A stretch of DNA of 64,000 nt from an uncultured Planctomycetaceae bacterium. GTDB lineage: Bacteria; Planctomycetota; Planctomycetia; Pirellulales; PALSA-1355. Under the pieces are notes generated by a model. That model was given only the letters and a program-made list of their open reading frames with translations. It made no database searches and was not told where the DNA came from. This document shows, in pieces, positions 11,074 through 21,061 of the stretch. Both the position numbers and the translations under genes were made by a program. Position 1 is the first letter of the stretch. Each line of letters opens with the position of its first letter. The DNA lies in the NCBI GenBank assembly GCA_963785305.1, contig CAWAUV010000007.1:1856001-1920000 (forward strand), read 5' to 3'.

Positions 11074-14000
11074 ATGTGCGACTTTTTTGGAAGGCGAACG
11101 ATGCCGCGCCCACCGGGTGGCGGTAGAAAGATCTGCATGGAAGGAATCCGTATGAGAGCGTATTCGAACACCTGTCCCGGCGAAGGGGATCGGCCCACGC
11201 GGCGCTCGCGGCGTGGCGCGACCCCGTGGCTCGCGAGCGGCGTTCGCTTCCTAGCGATGGCTGGTCTCGCGCTCGTGAGCGGCTTCTGGGCGTGTGGCTT
11301 AAGGGATAGCGTCTTCCCCGCGGCGAGCGCGCAAGAGCCAGGACTGCCGACGCCGCGGCTGACTTCGATCTTTCCGGCCGGCGGTCAGCAGGGCACGACC
11401 TTCGAAGTCACGGTCGCTGGCGCCAATCTCGACGCCAGTGATCCCGACTTCGCCTCGACGGGCCCCAGCTCGCTCGTGTTTTCCGACCCCGCCATCACGG
11501 CCCAGCCCAAAATGGCCGAGCCCACGCTGGGGCAAACCGCCCCGCGACCCGTGCCTGGCGTGTTCCTGGTGACGATTCGCCCCGAGGCCCCGCTCGGCCT
11601 CGCCGATGTGCGCGCCCTTGGCAAATACGGCCTCTCGAACCCCCGGGCCTTCGTCATTGGCTCGCTCGCGGAGCGCGAAGAAAAGGAGCCCAACGAGCGG
11701 GCGAGCGACGCAATGCCCGTCACGGTGGGAACCACGATCAACGGCCGGGCCAATCGGCCGGGCGATGTCGATGTTTACCAGTTCTCCGCCAAACGCGGCG
11801 AGCAGATCATTCTCGATGTTTGGGCCTATCGCATTGACTCGCGCATGGACGCGACGCTCACCGTGTACAACGCCGCCGGCGATGAACTGGCCCATGATCG
11901 CGACACCAATCGCCAAGACCCGCTCGTGGCCTTCACGGCGCCCGAAGATGGCGAATACTTCGTCGCCGTGTACGACTTTCTCTACGCCGGTGGGCCCGAC
12001 TATTTCTACCGATTGAACATCAGCGCGACGCCTTATATCGACTTCGTGTTCCCGCCCGCCGGTCAAGCGGGCACGCTGGCGAAGTTCACCGTGTATGGCC
12101 GCAGCCTGCCGGGCGGTCGACCGGCCGTGGCCGACGGCAAGCCGGTGAAGATCGGCTCGCGGCAGCTTGAAATGCTCGAGGTCGAAGTCCCGCTCCCGGC
12201 CGCCGGCGATGCCCGCGAATTGAAATGGGGCTCGATGGTCGAAGCCTCGGAAGCCGGACTCGACGCCATTGCGTGGCGACTCGATTCGTCCGCGGGCCCG
12301 AGCAACGCGGTGCTCTTGGGCGTGGTCAACACCCCGGTCGTCGTGGAACACGAGCCGAACGATTCGCTCGACGCGCCGCAGCGCATCGAGCCGCCTTGCG
12401 AGATTTGCGGCCAGTTCAATCCCCGCCGCGATCAAGACCGCTTTGCCTTCGAAGTGCGCAAGGGAGAGAGTTTTTGGATCGAAGTCGTTTCCGAGCGGCT
12501 TGGAGAACCGACCGATCCGTGCTTGCTCGTGGAAGAAGTCTGCGCCTCGGACCCGGCGACGCCGAAAGTGTTGCAAGACGCCGACGACACCATGACCCCG
12601 CGCCGCGAGGCGTCGTTCGACACCTCGACCGAAGACCCGTTCTACACGTTCACCGCGCCCGAAGACGGTCTGGCGCGGATCACGGTGCGCAATTTGTATT
12701 ACACTTCGGCGGGCGACCCGCGGCACGTGTATCGTCTCGCGATTCGTCGCCCCCGGCCCGATTTCCGCCTAGCGGCCACCCCGCGGCCGACCCCCGCGCA
12801 GCTCGATGGCAAGTTGCCCGAAACGGCGATCGGCAGCGCGGTGTTGCGCCGGGGCGGCGCGGAAGCGATCGAGGTTTATGCCTATCGTCGCGATGGGTTC
12901 GATGGCGAGATCACGCTGCGAGCCATCGGTTTGCCGCCGGGTGTCGCGGCGAGCTCCGTGACGATTTCCGCGGGCCAGTCGATGGGCCGGCTGGTGCTCG
13001 AAGCCGCGGCCGACGCCGCGCCTTGGATCGGCAACATTTCCGTCGAGGGCGTTGCCACGATCGACGGCGCCGAACTTACCCGCGCGGCCCGGCCAGCCAC
13101 CTTTGTTTGGGCTGGCCGACGCGACATGGCGACGCCACGCCGCCGGCTCGCGCGGCGCTTGACCCTCGCGGTCATGGCCGAGGAAGCGCCTTCGCGCTCG
13201 CCGCGCCCTTGGGTCCGGTGGCGTCGACTTGCCGCGGGCATGAACTGAGCGTGCCAGTGCAAGTAACACGTCGGGCGGGCTTCACCGGCAAGGTATCGGT
13301 GGCGGCGTTTGGCTTGCCACGCGAGTTTCAAGCCAAGCCGGCGACGATCGAAGCCGACAAGACCGAAGCCACGATCGAGATCACGCCCTCGGCCACGGCG
13401 CGCCCAGGCGACTTCGCCTTCGCGCTGCTCGGCGCCGCGGAACTGCAATACGCGCACAATCCCGAAGCGCTCGCCGCGGCCGAGAAGCATAAAGCCGCGA
13501 TCAACGCGATCGTCGCCGAGCGGAACACCGCGGCCGCCGCGGCGCTCGAAGCGCGCAAGCGGGCCGAGCAAGCCGCGACTGAAGCGGTCGACGTGGCCGA
13601 GCATGCCAAAAAGTCGCAAGCAGTCGCCGAGGCGACCGCGATGGAAGAATCGGTCATGGCCCAGTCGGCGGTCGAGCAATCGAAGCTAGCCCTCGCGGCG
13701 TCGCTCCGCCAATCGAACAACGACTCGCTGGCCCGAGCCGCCGAAGCGGCGGAGCAGATCGCCGCGGAAGCCGCGGCGCATGCGAAGCTCTCCGCCGATG
13801 CGAAGCTCTCCGCCGACAAGCAAGCCGCCACGTTGAATGAGGCTTCGCGCGCCGCCACGGAGCGGCGGGCAAGCGCCACGGCCACCGCGCTCGCCGCCGC
13901 GGCGAAGGTCGAGCAAGCGCTCGCCGCCCAGCAGCAGGCCGACCGCGAGCTCACCGAATGGTCCGCCCGCGGGAAGCCTCGGATGATCAAAGTCGGCGAG

Positions 14001-14366
14001 CTCTCGCCGAGCCTCACGCTCCGCGTGACCCCCGCGCCGCTCACGCTCGCGCTCGGCGCGCGCGAAGCGACCGGCCGCATCGGCCAGCGGGTTTCGATCC
14101 CGGTCACCGTGACTCGGCTCTATGGCTATGAAGACTCGGTGCAAATTCGCGTGCGACCCACGACCCGCGTGGCGGGCGTCGAAACCCCGGCGGTGGAACT
14201 TGCCAAGGGCGAAGGCACGGCCACGCTCGTCTTGGAAATCGGCCCCGACGCCAAACCCGGCCAGCACTCGCTCGTGATCGAAGCCGGGGCCAAGACGAAG
14301 AACCTCGAACTTTACACCGGCGAGGAAGTGCAACTCACGATCGAACCCATCGAAACAGGCGGTTGA
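11074..14366 (+). CDS. Secreted PPC (pre-peptidase C-terminal) domain protein with Ala-rich coiled coil, frameshifted near 13190
   Basis: SIFPAGGQQGT, EKEPN/EHEPND, DVDVYQF, DPLVAFTAPEDGEY repeats typical of planctomycete PPC proteins; continues in ORF ending 14366. Confidence 0.75.
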
Positions 14367-14402
14367 ATTTCTCTCGAACCGCCCCCCGAAACCGCGAACA
14401 CG

Positions 14403-14584
14403 AGCCCAGTAAAACGAGCCCGCCAACACAAGCCCAGTAAAACGAGCCCGCCAACACAAGCCTGAAGCGCCAGCGAAGGTCTTCTTTCGCAATGTTTCAG
14501 GCTTGTGGGCGCTAGTTTTGTTTGTCTTCCTTCGCTCGCGCTTCAGGCTTGTCGGATTTTCCTTCGCTGGCGCTGCGAGCTTGT
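14403..14584. repeat. Intergenic repeat cluster: 28-bp tandem x2 plus ACAAGCCTGAAGCGCCAGCGAAGG motif and two inverted copies
   Basis: agcccagtaaaacgagcccgccaacaca at 14403 and 14431; motif 14456-14479; inverted copies 14529-14552 and 14561-14584; related copies at 18374-18431 and ~41281-41425. Confidence 0.75.
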
Positions 14585-14650
14585 CCGGTTAGGGAAAAAT
14601 CCATCGCTCGCGAATCGAGCTTTTGCTCTCGGGGCCGAACTGCCCCGTCG

Positions 14651-15844
14651 CTATTCTTGCGTGAGGCAGGCCATTTCCGGGTCATAGCGAAACCCGCCAA
14701 GGGTCCCATCTTTAATTCGTTGGATTGCTTCGTCGATCACGGGAAGTGGAACAAGGAACCATTCCCTCGGCTCGACTTGCGCGCCGAAACGATCTTTCAG
14801 TTCCAGGTCCAGCCGAGCGCTGCTGAATACCTTGTGCAATAGCCCTTCGAGCGCGTTCCGGTTGACGTTCGCCAGTTTGAATGTTGCGACGATTTCGACG
14901 TCGGCCAGAAGATATGTCGGATCTTTTCTTGCATTGGCGACGCGGTTTTTCACATCCCCGCCGGTGACGCCGATCTTATGAATGACGGATCGGTTCGCCG
15001 CGACAAAAGGATGTTCCGACTTGCTTCTGAGAACATAGATATAACCGGCCGCCAAATCTCCTTCCTCTTCGATTTCAGCGAAGAGAGGCCCAAAGCCCGG
15101 CTCGGTAATCCGGCGGCTGGCTTTGTCCTTGTACAACGCGCGCTGCAGCGAGCGAAGGAGCAGGTCGCTCTCAACGCCGTTGTCGTAAACGACCCTGAGC
15201 CTGCGGTCCGGGCGGCCATAGTCGCTCACGAAAGGCTCGCCCAATTCCGTCACGAGGACCTTCTGGCCATCAAGGATGAATAGATCCCCTTTTGCCAGCT
15301 CCGCGAATTCCTTGTATTTCACGGTTCGCCGCTTGCCCGTGTCCAATTCGTGCTGCACGGTTTTGAAGAGCGGCCTGAATGTCTCGAAGTCCTTGCAAGG
15401 AGTGCGCTGCGCGATGTCCTCCGCCGCTTTGATCTCCTCCCGCGAACGGACATGAACGAGCCGAGTCACGTTGTCCGCCGCCGCGGGTTCAAGCCCGAGC
15501 GCATTCAAAAGTTCGTCGTCCGTCGGTTCGGCCGCGGCGGGGCTTGCGTTGGGATCCGCCGCGGCGTTTAAGAGCCCGCGCGAGTCGAGGTCCTTCAAGA
15601 CGGCGCGGCACTCCACGGATTCTCGAATTCGATCCAATCTCGTGGCGTAGAGCCGTTCGAAGATATCGCGGTCCTCGCCATGCTGGGGCGCCCTCTGGTG
15701 CTCGATGACGAATCGCTCGATCTCCTCGAACCCCGCGATGATTCGTTGCTCCCGGACGGTGCGGCCACCGGCCGGAGCGGAAACCGCGTCGGCGCCCAGC
15801 TTGCCCAATAGCTCCAGGTCTTCGTCGGTGACATGGTCAGGCAT
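14651..15844 (-). CDS. GIY-YIG/T5orf172-domain nuclease (YeeC-like)
   Basis: GYIYVLRS, HKIGVT, RVANA, LEGLLH, PREWF. Confidence 0.85.
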   Translation of the reverse strand: MPDHVTDEDLELLGKLGADAVSAPAGGRTVREQRIIAGFEEIERFVIEHQRAPQHGEDRDIFERLYATRLDRIRESVECRAVLKDLDSRGLLNAAADPNASPAAAEPTDDELLNALGLEPAAADNVTRLVHVRSREEIKAAEDIAQRTPCKDFETFRPLFKTVQHELDTGKRRTVKYKEFAELAKGDLFILDGQKVLVTELGEPFVSDYGRPDRRLRVVYDNGVESDLLLRSLQRALYKDKASRRITEPGFGPLFAEIEEEGDLAAGYIYVLRSKSEHPFVAANRSVIHKIGVTGGDVKNRVANARKDPTYLLADVEIVATFKLANVNRNALEGLLHKVFSSARLDLELKDRFGAQVEPREWFLVPLPVIDEAIQRIKDGTLGGFRYDPEMACLTQE

Positions 15845-18032
15845 TGCCGCTTTCCTTTGCCTTGCGCTGCAAGTAGGCGACTCCCTCGGCCATGCGTTTC
15901 TCCCAGGGATCCGTGGCGGTTAGGGTGGGCAACCGTCCCCGTTCCGTCTTGAAGCGCAAGGCCCTTTTCGCCAACTCACGCGCGTCCTCCAGCGTCATGC
16001 TCACCCGCTTGGCGGCGATCACCTCGGCGACCTGCCTGAGACGCTCTTCGGTCATGGTTTTGGCCAAGATCGCATAAGCTTCGCTAAATGGATTGATGCG
16101 GTCGATTAAATCGATGTCGAGTTCCCTGACGGACAAAGCAAATTGCCGCACCCCATCGATCAGCGCCGTGTTTTTGGAATCCTCGGCGCCACCTTCGTTG
16201 AGCGCCTTCTTCGCTTGCTGTACTAAATTCAGCGCCGCGATCGCGTGCTGGCGGACAGCCTCTTGATCCTCCTGGTCCAGATTCGGGAACTTTTCTTTCA
16301 CGATCTTGCCCATCCGTGCTTGGGTCAGTTCCTCCGGCGCCAGTTCTTCGTCGAACAGTCCGCGTTCGATCACCTGCTTGTCCTGCACGAACGCGGTGAC
16401 CAGTTCGACCAAGTCCTCGCGGCAAACACGCTCGGCCTCGCGACTCTTCGGCTCCGCCAGCCCCTTGATCTCCAATTGAATGAGGCCCGTTTTCGAATCG
16501 ACGCCCACATTGCATTTGCCCGGATCGTAGCCGCCGTCGCCATAGTCCAAGCCGGGGGTCGGCACGTTGTTCGGATACTTCGGCCTGAACTCAAACCGCG
16601 GCGCCAGCACCTGCTCCATCAGCAGGCTCGCGGCGATCGCCTTGAGCGTTTCGTTCACCGCCTCGGTCACGGCGCCTTCGCTGGCGTCGGGCTCGGCGAT
16701 CAGGTTGGAGAACCGGGCCCGCGTTTTGCCGGGCGCGTCGCGGGTGGCGCGGCCGATGATCTGCACGATTTCCGTGAGGCTCGATCGATAGCCGACCGTC
16801 AGCGCGTGTTCGCACCAAATCCAGTCAAAACCTTCTTTCGCCATGCCTAGGGCGATGATGATGTCCACGTAATCGCGGTTATCCTTCTCCGCCGAGTCTT
16901 TCAGCGCGGCGGATACCTTTCCCCGCTTGGCCGAATCGTCATCCACGAGATCGGCGATCCTGAGTACTTTTCCGCCGGCGGTCTTTACAAGTTGAAAACC
17001 GGTCCGCGGGTCGACGCCCTGCCACTCGCCAAGTTCCTCGATGATGTGCTCCACTTCCCGAATCTTGTCCTTCGTGCTCTCGCGCGAATTGACGTTCGGA
17101 ATATGCAAAATCGTTTTCTCCGCCGGGTCGAGCACCTTCAGGATTTCGTCCGTGTAGCTGCCGGCGTAAAAATAGTAACCGAGGTCGAGTTGCTTGAGGT
17201 ATTGATAGCCGTTGAGCTGCTCGTAGTAGGTGTAGGTAACGGTCTCGAACCGCGATTCGTCGTCGGGGTGCAGCACGGCTTCGGCGTCGCCGCGGAAGTA
17301 CGAGCCAGTCATGGCCACGAGATGAGCTTTATCGTGCGCCATGAACTGACGCACCTGATCGCCCAGCCGGCTATCGGGATTGGCGGAGACATGGTGAAAC
17401 TCGTCGACCGCGATCAGGCGATCGTCAAACGCTTCCACGCCAAATTTTTCCACCGCGAAGCGGAAGGTGGCGTGCGTGCAGACCAAAACCTTCTTGGCCT
17501 CACCTTCGGAACACCCCTCGACAAAAGCCTTCACTGCCGCGACCTTGCCGCCATTATCCGATCCTGGCGCATCGCACAAATTCCACTTCGGTTCCACCCG
17601 CCAGTCGGCCCAGAAACCGAACCGGCTCAAGGGCTCGTCGTGGAAACTGGCGCCGATCGACTTTTCCGGCACGACGATAATGGCTTGCTTGAGTTTTTGG
17701 TTCGCTAACTTGTCGAGGGCCACGAACATCAGCGCCCGGCTCTTACCCGACGCCGGCGGCGATTTGATGAGCAAGTATTGTTCGCCACGCTTCTGCCAGA
17801 CGCCCTCCTGCATGGGCCGCATGCCTAGGGAGTTCGATTTCGTCGAACTCCCATCGCGGGCGTATTTGACCGAGACACTCGGAATGGATCGAGCCGTTCG
17901 ATCTTGGGAGGCCATGCGTTTCTCATGGCGGTCGATCAGTTCCGGTAGTTCTTCCACGACCTGCTCGCGAATCGACTTGTACTTCGCGGCTTCCTCCGGG
18001 GAAAGCCGTCGCTGGCGGCTGATGCGTTTCAT
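15837..18032 (-). CDS. SF2 DEAD/DEAH-box helicase (YeeB-like) with an antitoxin-like N-terminal extension
   Basis: SPPASGKS Walker A, VDEFHH, MTGS, KEGFD, QIIGRATRD. Confidence 0.88.
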   Translation of the reverse strand: MKRISRQRRLSPEEAAKYKSIREQVVEELPELIDRHEKRMASQDRTARSIPSVSVKYARDGSSTKSNSLGMRPMQEGVWQKRGEQYLLIKSPPASGKSRALMFVALDKLANQKLKQAIIVVPEKSIGASFHDEPLSRFGFWADWRVEPKWNLCDAPGSDNGGKVAAVKAFVEGCSEGEAKKVLVCTHATFRFAVEKFGVEAFDDRLIAVDEFHHVSANPDSRLGDQVRQFMAHDKAHLVAMTGSYFRGDAEAVLHPDDESRFETVTYTYYEQLNGYQYLKQLDLGYYFYAGSYTDEILKVLDPAEKTILHIPNVNSRESTKDKIREVEHIIEELGEWQGVDPRTGFQLVKTAGGKVLRIADLVDDDSAKRGKVSAALKDSAEKDNRDYVDIIIALGMAKEGFDWIWCEHALTVGYRSSLTEIVQIIGRATRDAPGKTRARFSNLIAEPDASEGAVTEAVNETLKAIAASLLMEQVLAPRFEFRPKYPNNVPTPGLDYGDGGYDPGKCNVGVDSKTGLIQLEIKGLAEPKSREAERVCREDLVELVTAFVQDKQVIERGLFDEELAPEELTQARMGKIVKEKFPNLDQEDQEAVRQHAIAALNLVQQAKKALNEGGAEDSKNTALIDGVRQFALSVRELDIDLIDRINPFSEAYAILAKTMTEERLRQVAEVIAAKRVSMTLEDARELAKRALRFKTERGRLPTLTATDPWEKRMAEGVAYLQRKAKESGNA

Positions 18033-18295
18033 GATCGATTCCTTTTGGGAACTTCGTAAGCCGTGATCGGATAGACAACGCCCGCTTCGACCACTTCGTA
18101 AACCACCAAAAGACGCCGACTCGCACGGGTCTCCCCGAATACCACGGGTCTGCCCGACGACCGACTAATGTCCCTGTCGGTCTCGTGGCGCAACACTTCT
18201 TCGACTTCCTCCTTCGTGACATCGTGTTCGGCGCAGTGCCAAACGTTGCCATGGGGATCGCCATCGAGATCCCACAAGATCGAATCGAAAAGCAT
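18029..18295 (-). CDS. BrnT/RelE-fold toxin-like small protein
   Basis: WD..GN..H..EHDVT.EEVEEV, FGET...R.L.VVY, YPITAY pattern; overlaps next start (ATGA). Confidence 0.65.
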   Translation of the reverse strand: MLFDSILWDLDGDPHGNVWHCAEHDVTKEEVEEVLRHETDRDISRSSGRPVVFGETRASRRLLVVYEVVEAGVVYPITAYEVPKRNRS

Positions 18296-18432
18296 CCGCC
18301 GGCGCTCGCTTCCTTATTATATCCAATGTGCGGCCCGCTTGAGGCGCCCATTCCGAGACGCCGAGCCCTCGTCCCAACACAAGCCCGAAGCGCCGGCGAA
18401 GGAATCCCGCTCGGATTTACACAAGCCTGAAT

Positions 18433-19541
18433 GTAACTGTTAAGCATTTCCTCTTTCCCGAAATTGGGTTTTCGGTCACATTGATTGGATCATGGATGAT
18501 CGAGATCGACGGATCGCCGAGTTGGAAGCGGAAATCGCCCGGTTGCTGGCGGAGAACGGAACGCTGCGCAAGCGCGTCGAGCAACTCGAACAGCAAGTCC
18601 AAAAGTTTTTGCAGCGGCGCAAGAAAACTGCTCGGCCATTTGCGTTGGGGCGGCGCTTTGTTCGAGCCGGTGGTCGACAAACTCTGGGAACTCTTGCGCA
18701 ATTCGCCGGTCGTGCAAGGCGATGAGACCGGCTGGCGGATCGATGGCCAGCCCGTTTGGGCCTGGTGTTTTCGAGACACGCGCTTGGCATTGTTCCTGAT
18801 CGATCGTCATCGCAATCGGGCCGTGCTCGAGCGAGCGTTGGGCACATCGTTCGCGGGCACGCTGGTCAGCGATTTTTATGCGGTCTACAACGGGCTCGAC
18901 TGCCGCAAACAGCGCTGCTTGGTCCATTTGCTTCGCGAGTTGCACAAGCTGCGCGAGACGTTGCCGGCGGCGAGCGTGCGGGCCTTCATCCAGCCGTTGA
19001 TCACGCTGTTTCAAGACGCGATCCGGTTGGGCCACGAGCGCAAGTCGCTCGGCAAAAAAGCTTTCAACGCGGCCCGACACGAGATTCAAAACCGTTTCGA
19101 CACGTTGATGCTCGAGACGCGCGTGCGGCATCGCGAATGTTTGCGAATCTGGCGCCGGCTGTTCAAGCACTGCGACGAATTGTTCACCTTTCTCGACGAT
19201 GCGAATGTTCCGGCCGACAACAACGGAACCGAACGCGACATCCGAAGCCTGGCGGCGGCGAGGAATGATGGCGGCACGCATCGGACCGAATGGAGCGCGG
19301 CGGCGTTCGCCCGAATCAAGAGCGTGATCGCGACCGGCGCGAAAAACGGTTTGAGTTTTGCAAAGTATGGCATCGAAGTCGTGCGCGCTAAATTGCAAGG
19401 CAAGACCCTGCCGCTGCCGATCACCAATAGCAGTTAAACCATCCGCCACGCGACCCATCCCCGGAAACCCCTCGCCCGCGATCCCCGCCAATATCGCCAC
19501 CGCCCCCCCGCGCCCAGGCCACGCCACGGCTTAACAGTTAC
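18433..19541 (+). mobile_element. IS66-family element, internally deleted
   Basis: Perfect 13-bp terminal inverted repeats GTAACTGTTAAGC (18433-18445) / GCTTAACAGTTAC (19529-19541); TnpC motifs GDETGW, LVSDFY..Y, QRCLVHL.R, DNNGTERDIR. Confidence 0.92.
18492..19437 (+). pseudogene. IS66 TnpC transposase remnant: N-terminal coiled coil joined out of frame to the DDE domain
   Basis: ORF 18492..18725 (leucine-zipper-like) and ORF ending 19437 (DDE) meet near 18635; zinc-finger region absent. Confidence 0.8.
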
Positions 19542-19719
19542 CGGCACGCAGGTTGCCGCTAGCGATCGAAATACCGATAAGACTCCGGATAGGCGCCGGT
19601 ATTCGCTTTTTGTAGATGTTCTCTGGGATTTGTTTTGGATAGTCTCTGATAGGGGGCTCCCTGGAGACCCGTTCTCCAAAGTCCCGGGTTAGCGACGACG
19701 GACTATGGGAGATTGGGAA

Positions 19720-20088
19720 ATGAAACGCGATATGGATTTGGTGCGCGCGATCCTGCTGGCTGCGGAGGAGAGTCCGACCGGTTTTGCTCACGATGCATGC
19801 GAAAAAATCGTGGGCTATACACCCGCGCAAATCGGCTATCACGTTCATTTAATGATGCAAGCAGGCTTGGTCAACGGTGTTGATGTGACGCACATGGAAA
19901 GCTCCGGTCCAGAGGCACGGCTAAGCAGCCTTACATCGGCGGGCCATGATTTTCTTGATGCGGCCCGAAATCAGTCAGTCTGGCAGCAAGTTAAAACCGT
20001 ATTCATGGAGAAAGCAGGCCCGGCTTCAATTGCAGTTTGGCAAGCGGCGTTGACGGCACAGGTCCTTAAGAATCTCGGCTTGAAATAA
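19720..20088 (+). CDS. DUF2513 family protein
   Basis: MKRDMDLVRAILL, YHVHLM..AGLV, LT..GHDFLDAAR; lower GC than backbone. Confidence 0.85.
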   Translation: MKRDMDLVRAILLAAEESPTGFAHDACEKIVGYTPAQIGYHVHLMMQAGLVNGVDVTHMESSGPEARLSSLTSAGHDFLDAARNQSVWQQVKTVFMEKAGPASIAVWQAALTAQVLKNLGLK

Positions 20089-20150
20089 GCCGCTGTCAAC
20101 GCCGCAACGGTTCGCAGGTCGGGCAACCGCTCGAGCCACGTGCGGCCGTC

Positions 20151-20987
20151 TCAGTGCAGCAGCCAGTTCACCACCTCGACCAACCCGTCGCTGTCGTGCG
20201 ACGGGGCGATGCGGTCGGCGTGGGCTTTTACATCGTCGGTGGCGTTGCCCATCGCCACTCCGAGCCCCGCGCCTTGGATCATCGGAATATCGTTCACATC
20301 GTCGCCCACGGCGCAGATCTCGTCGTCGCGAATGCCAAACTGCCGGGCCAGCCGCCGCACGCCCGACCATTTGGTGCAGCCGATCGGCGCGATCTCGCAC
20401 ATGTGGCCCGCATAGCGCGGGCTGCGGAGCACATGCACATAGAGCCAGGGGCCCAAGCGGGCTTCCAGGTCGGCGGCCAGTTCGAGCATCGGCTGGCGCT
20501 GGCCCATGGCAAAGCCACCAAACACCTCGGGTGGCGGCGAGGTCGTGAGCTCGGGCCAAGCCCGGCCGCAGCCGGGATTCATGCGAAGGAATTCTTCGAG
20601 CATCGGCTCGCGCGGCGGCTGGGGGCCGTGGTAATAGTCGAAACCCTCGGCGAACGAATCGGTGTAGAGCACGGCGTCGCGTCCCGCGGCCTCGACGCGG
20701 GCGAGAAGCGCCGGGAGCACGCCTTCGGCAAACCGCGCGCGGAAGAGCGTGGCATGGCCTTGCGGGTCTTTGATCAGGGCCCCGCTGGCGGTGATGAGCG
20801 GCAAATGCAGCCCCAACGGCTCGACCAGCGGCAGGGCCCGACTGTAGCGCCGGCCGGTGGCGATCGCCACTTGCATGCCGGCCGACTTGGCCCGCCAAAT
20901 GGCGGCGCGCACCGCGTCGGTCAGTTCATGTTGACTGTTGACGAGCGTGCCATCGATATCAAGAGCCAGCAGGCGAAACCGCGACAT
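20151..20987 (-). CDS. Cof-type HAD hydrolase
   Basis: LALDIDGTL, ATGR, K, GDDVND..M, AMGNA. Confidence 0.92.
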   Translation of the reverse strand: MSRFRLLALDIDGTLVNSQHELTDAVRAAIWRAKSAGMQVAIATGRRYSRALPLVEPLGLHLPLITASGALIKDPQGHATLFRARFAEGVLPALLARVEAAGRDAVLYTDSFAEGFDYYHGPQPPREPMLEEFLRMNPGCGRAWPELTTSPPPEVFGGFAMGQRQPMLELAADLEARLGPWLYVHVLRSPRYAGHMCEIAPIGCTKWSGVRRLARQFGIRDDEICAVGDDVNDIPMIQGAGLGVAMGNATDDVKAHADRIAPSHDSDGLVEVVNWLLH

Positions 20988-21061
20988 GGGAGAAATTCGT
21001 GGCGATGGCAACCGAGGGGCGGGGTGATAAAGACTCCGGAGAAGCCGCATTTGGTCCGTTT

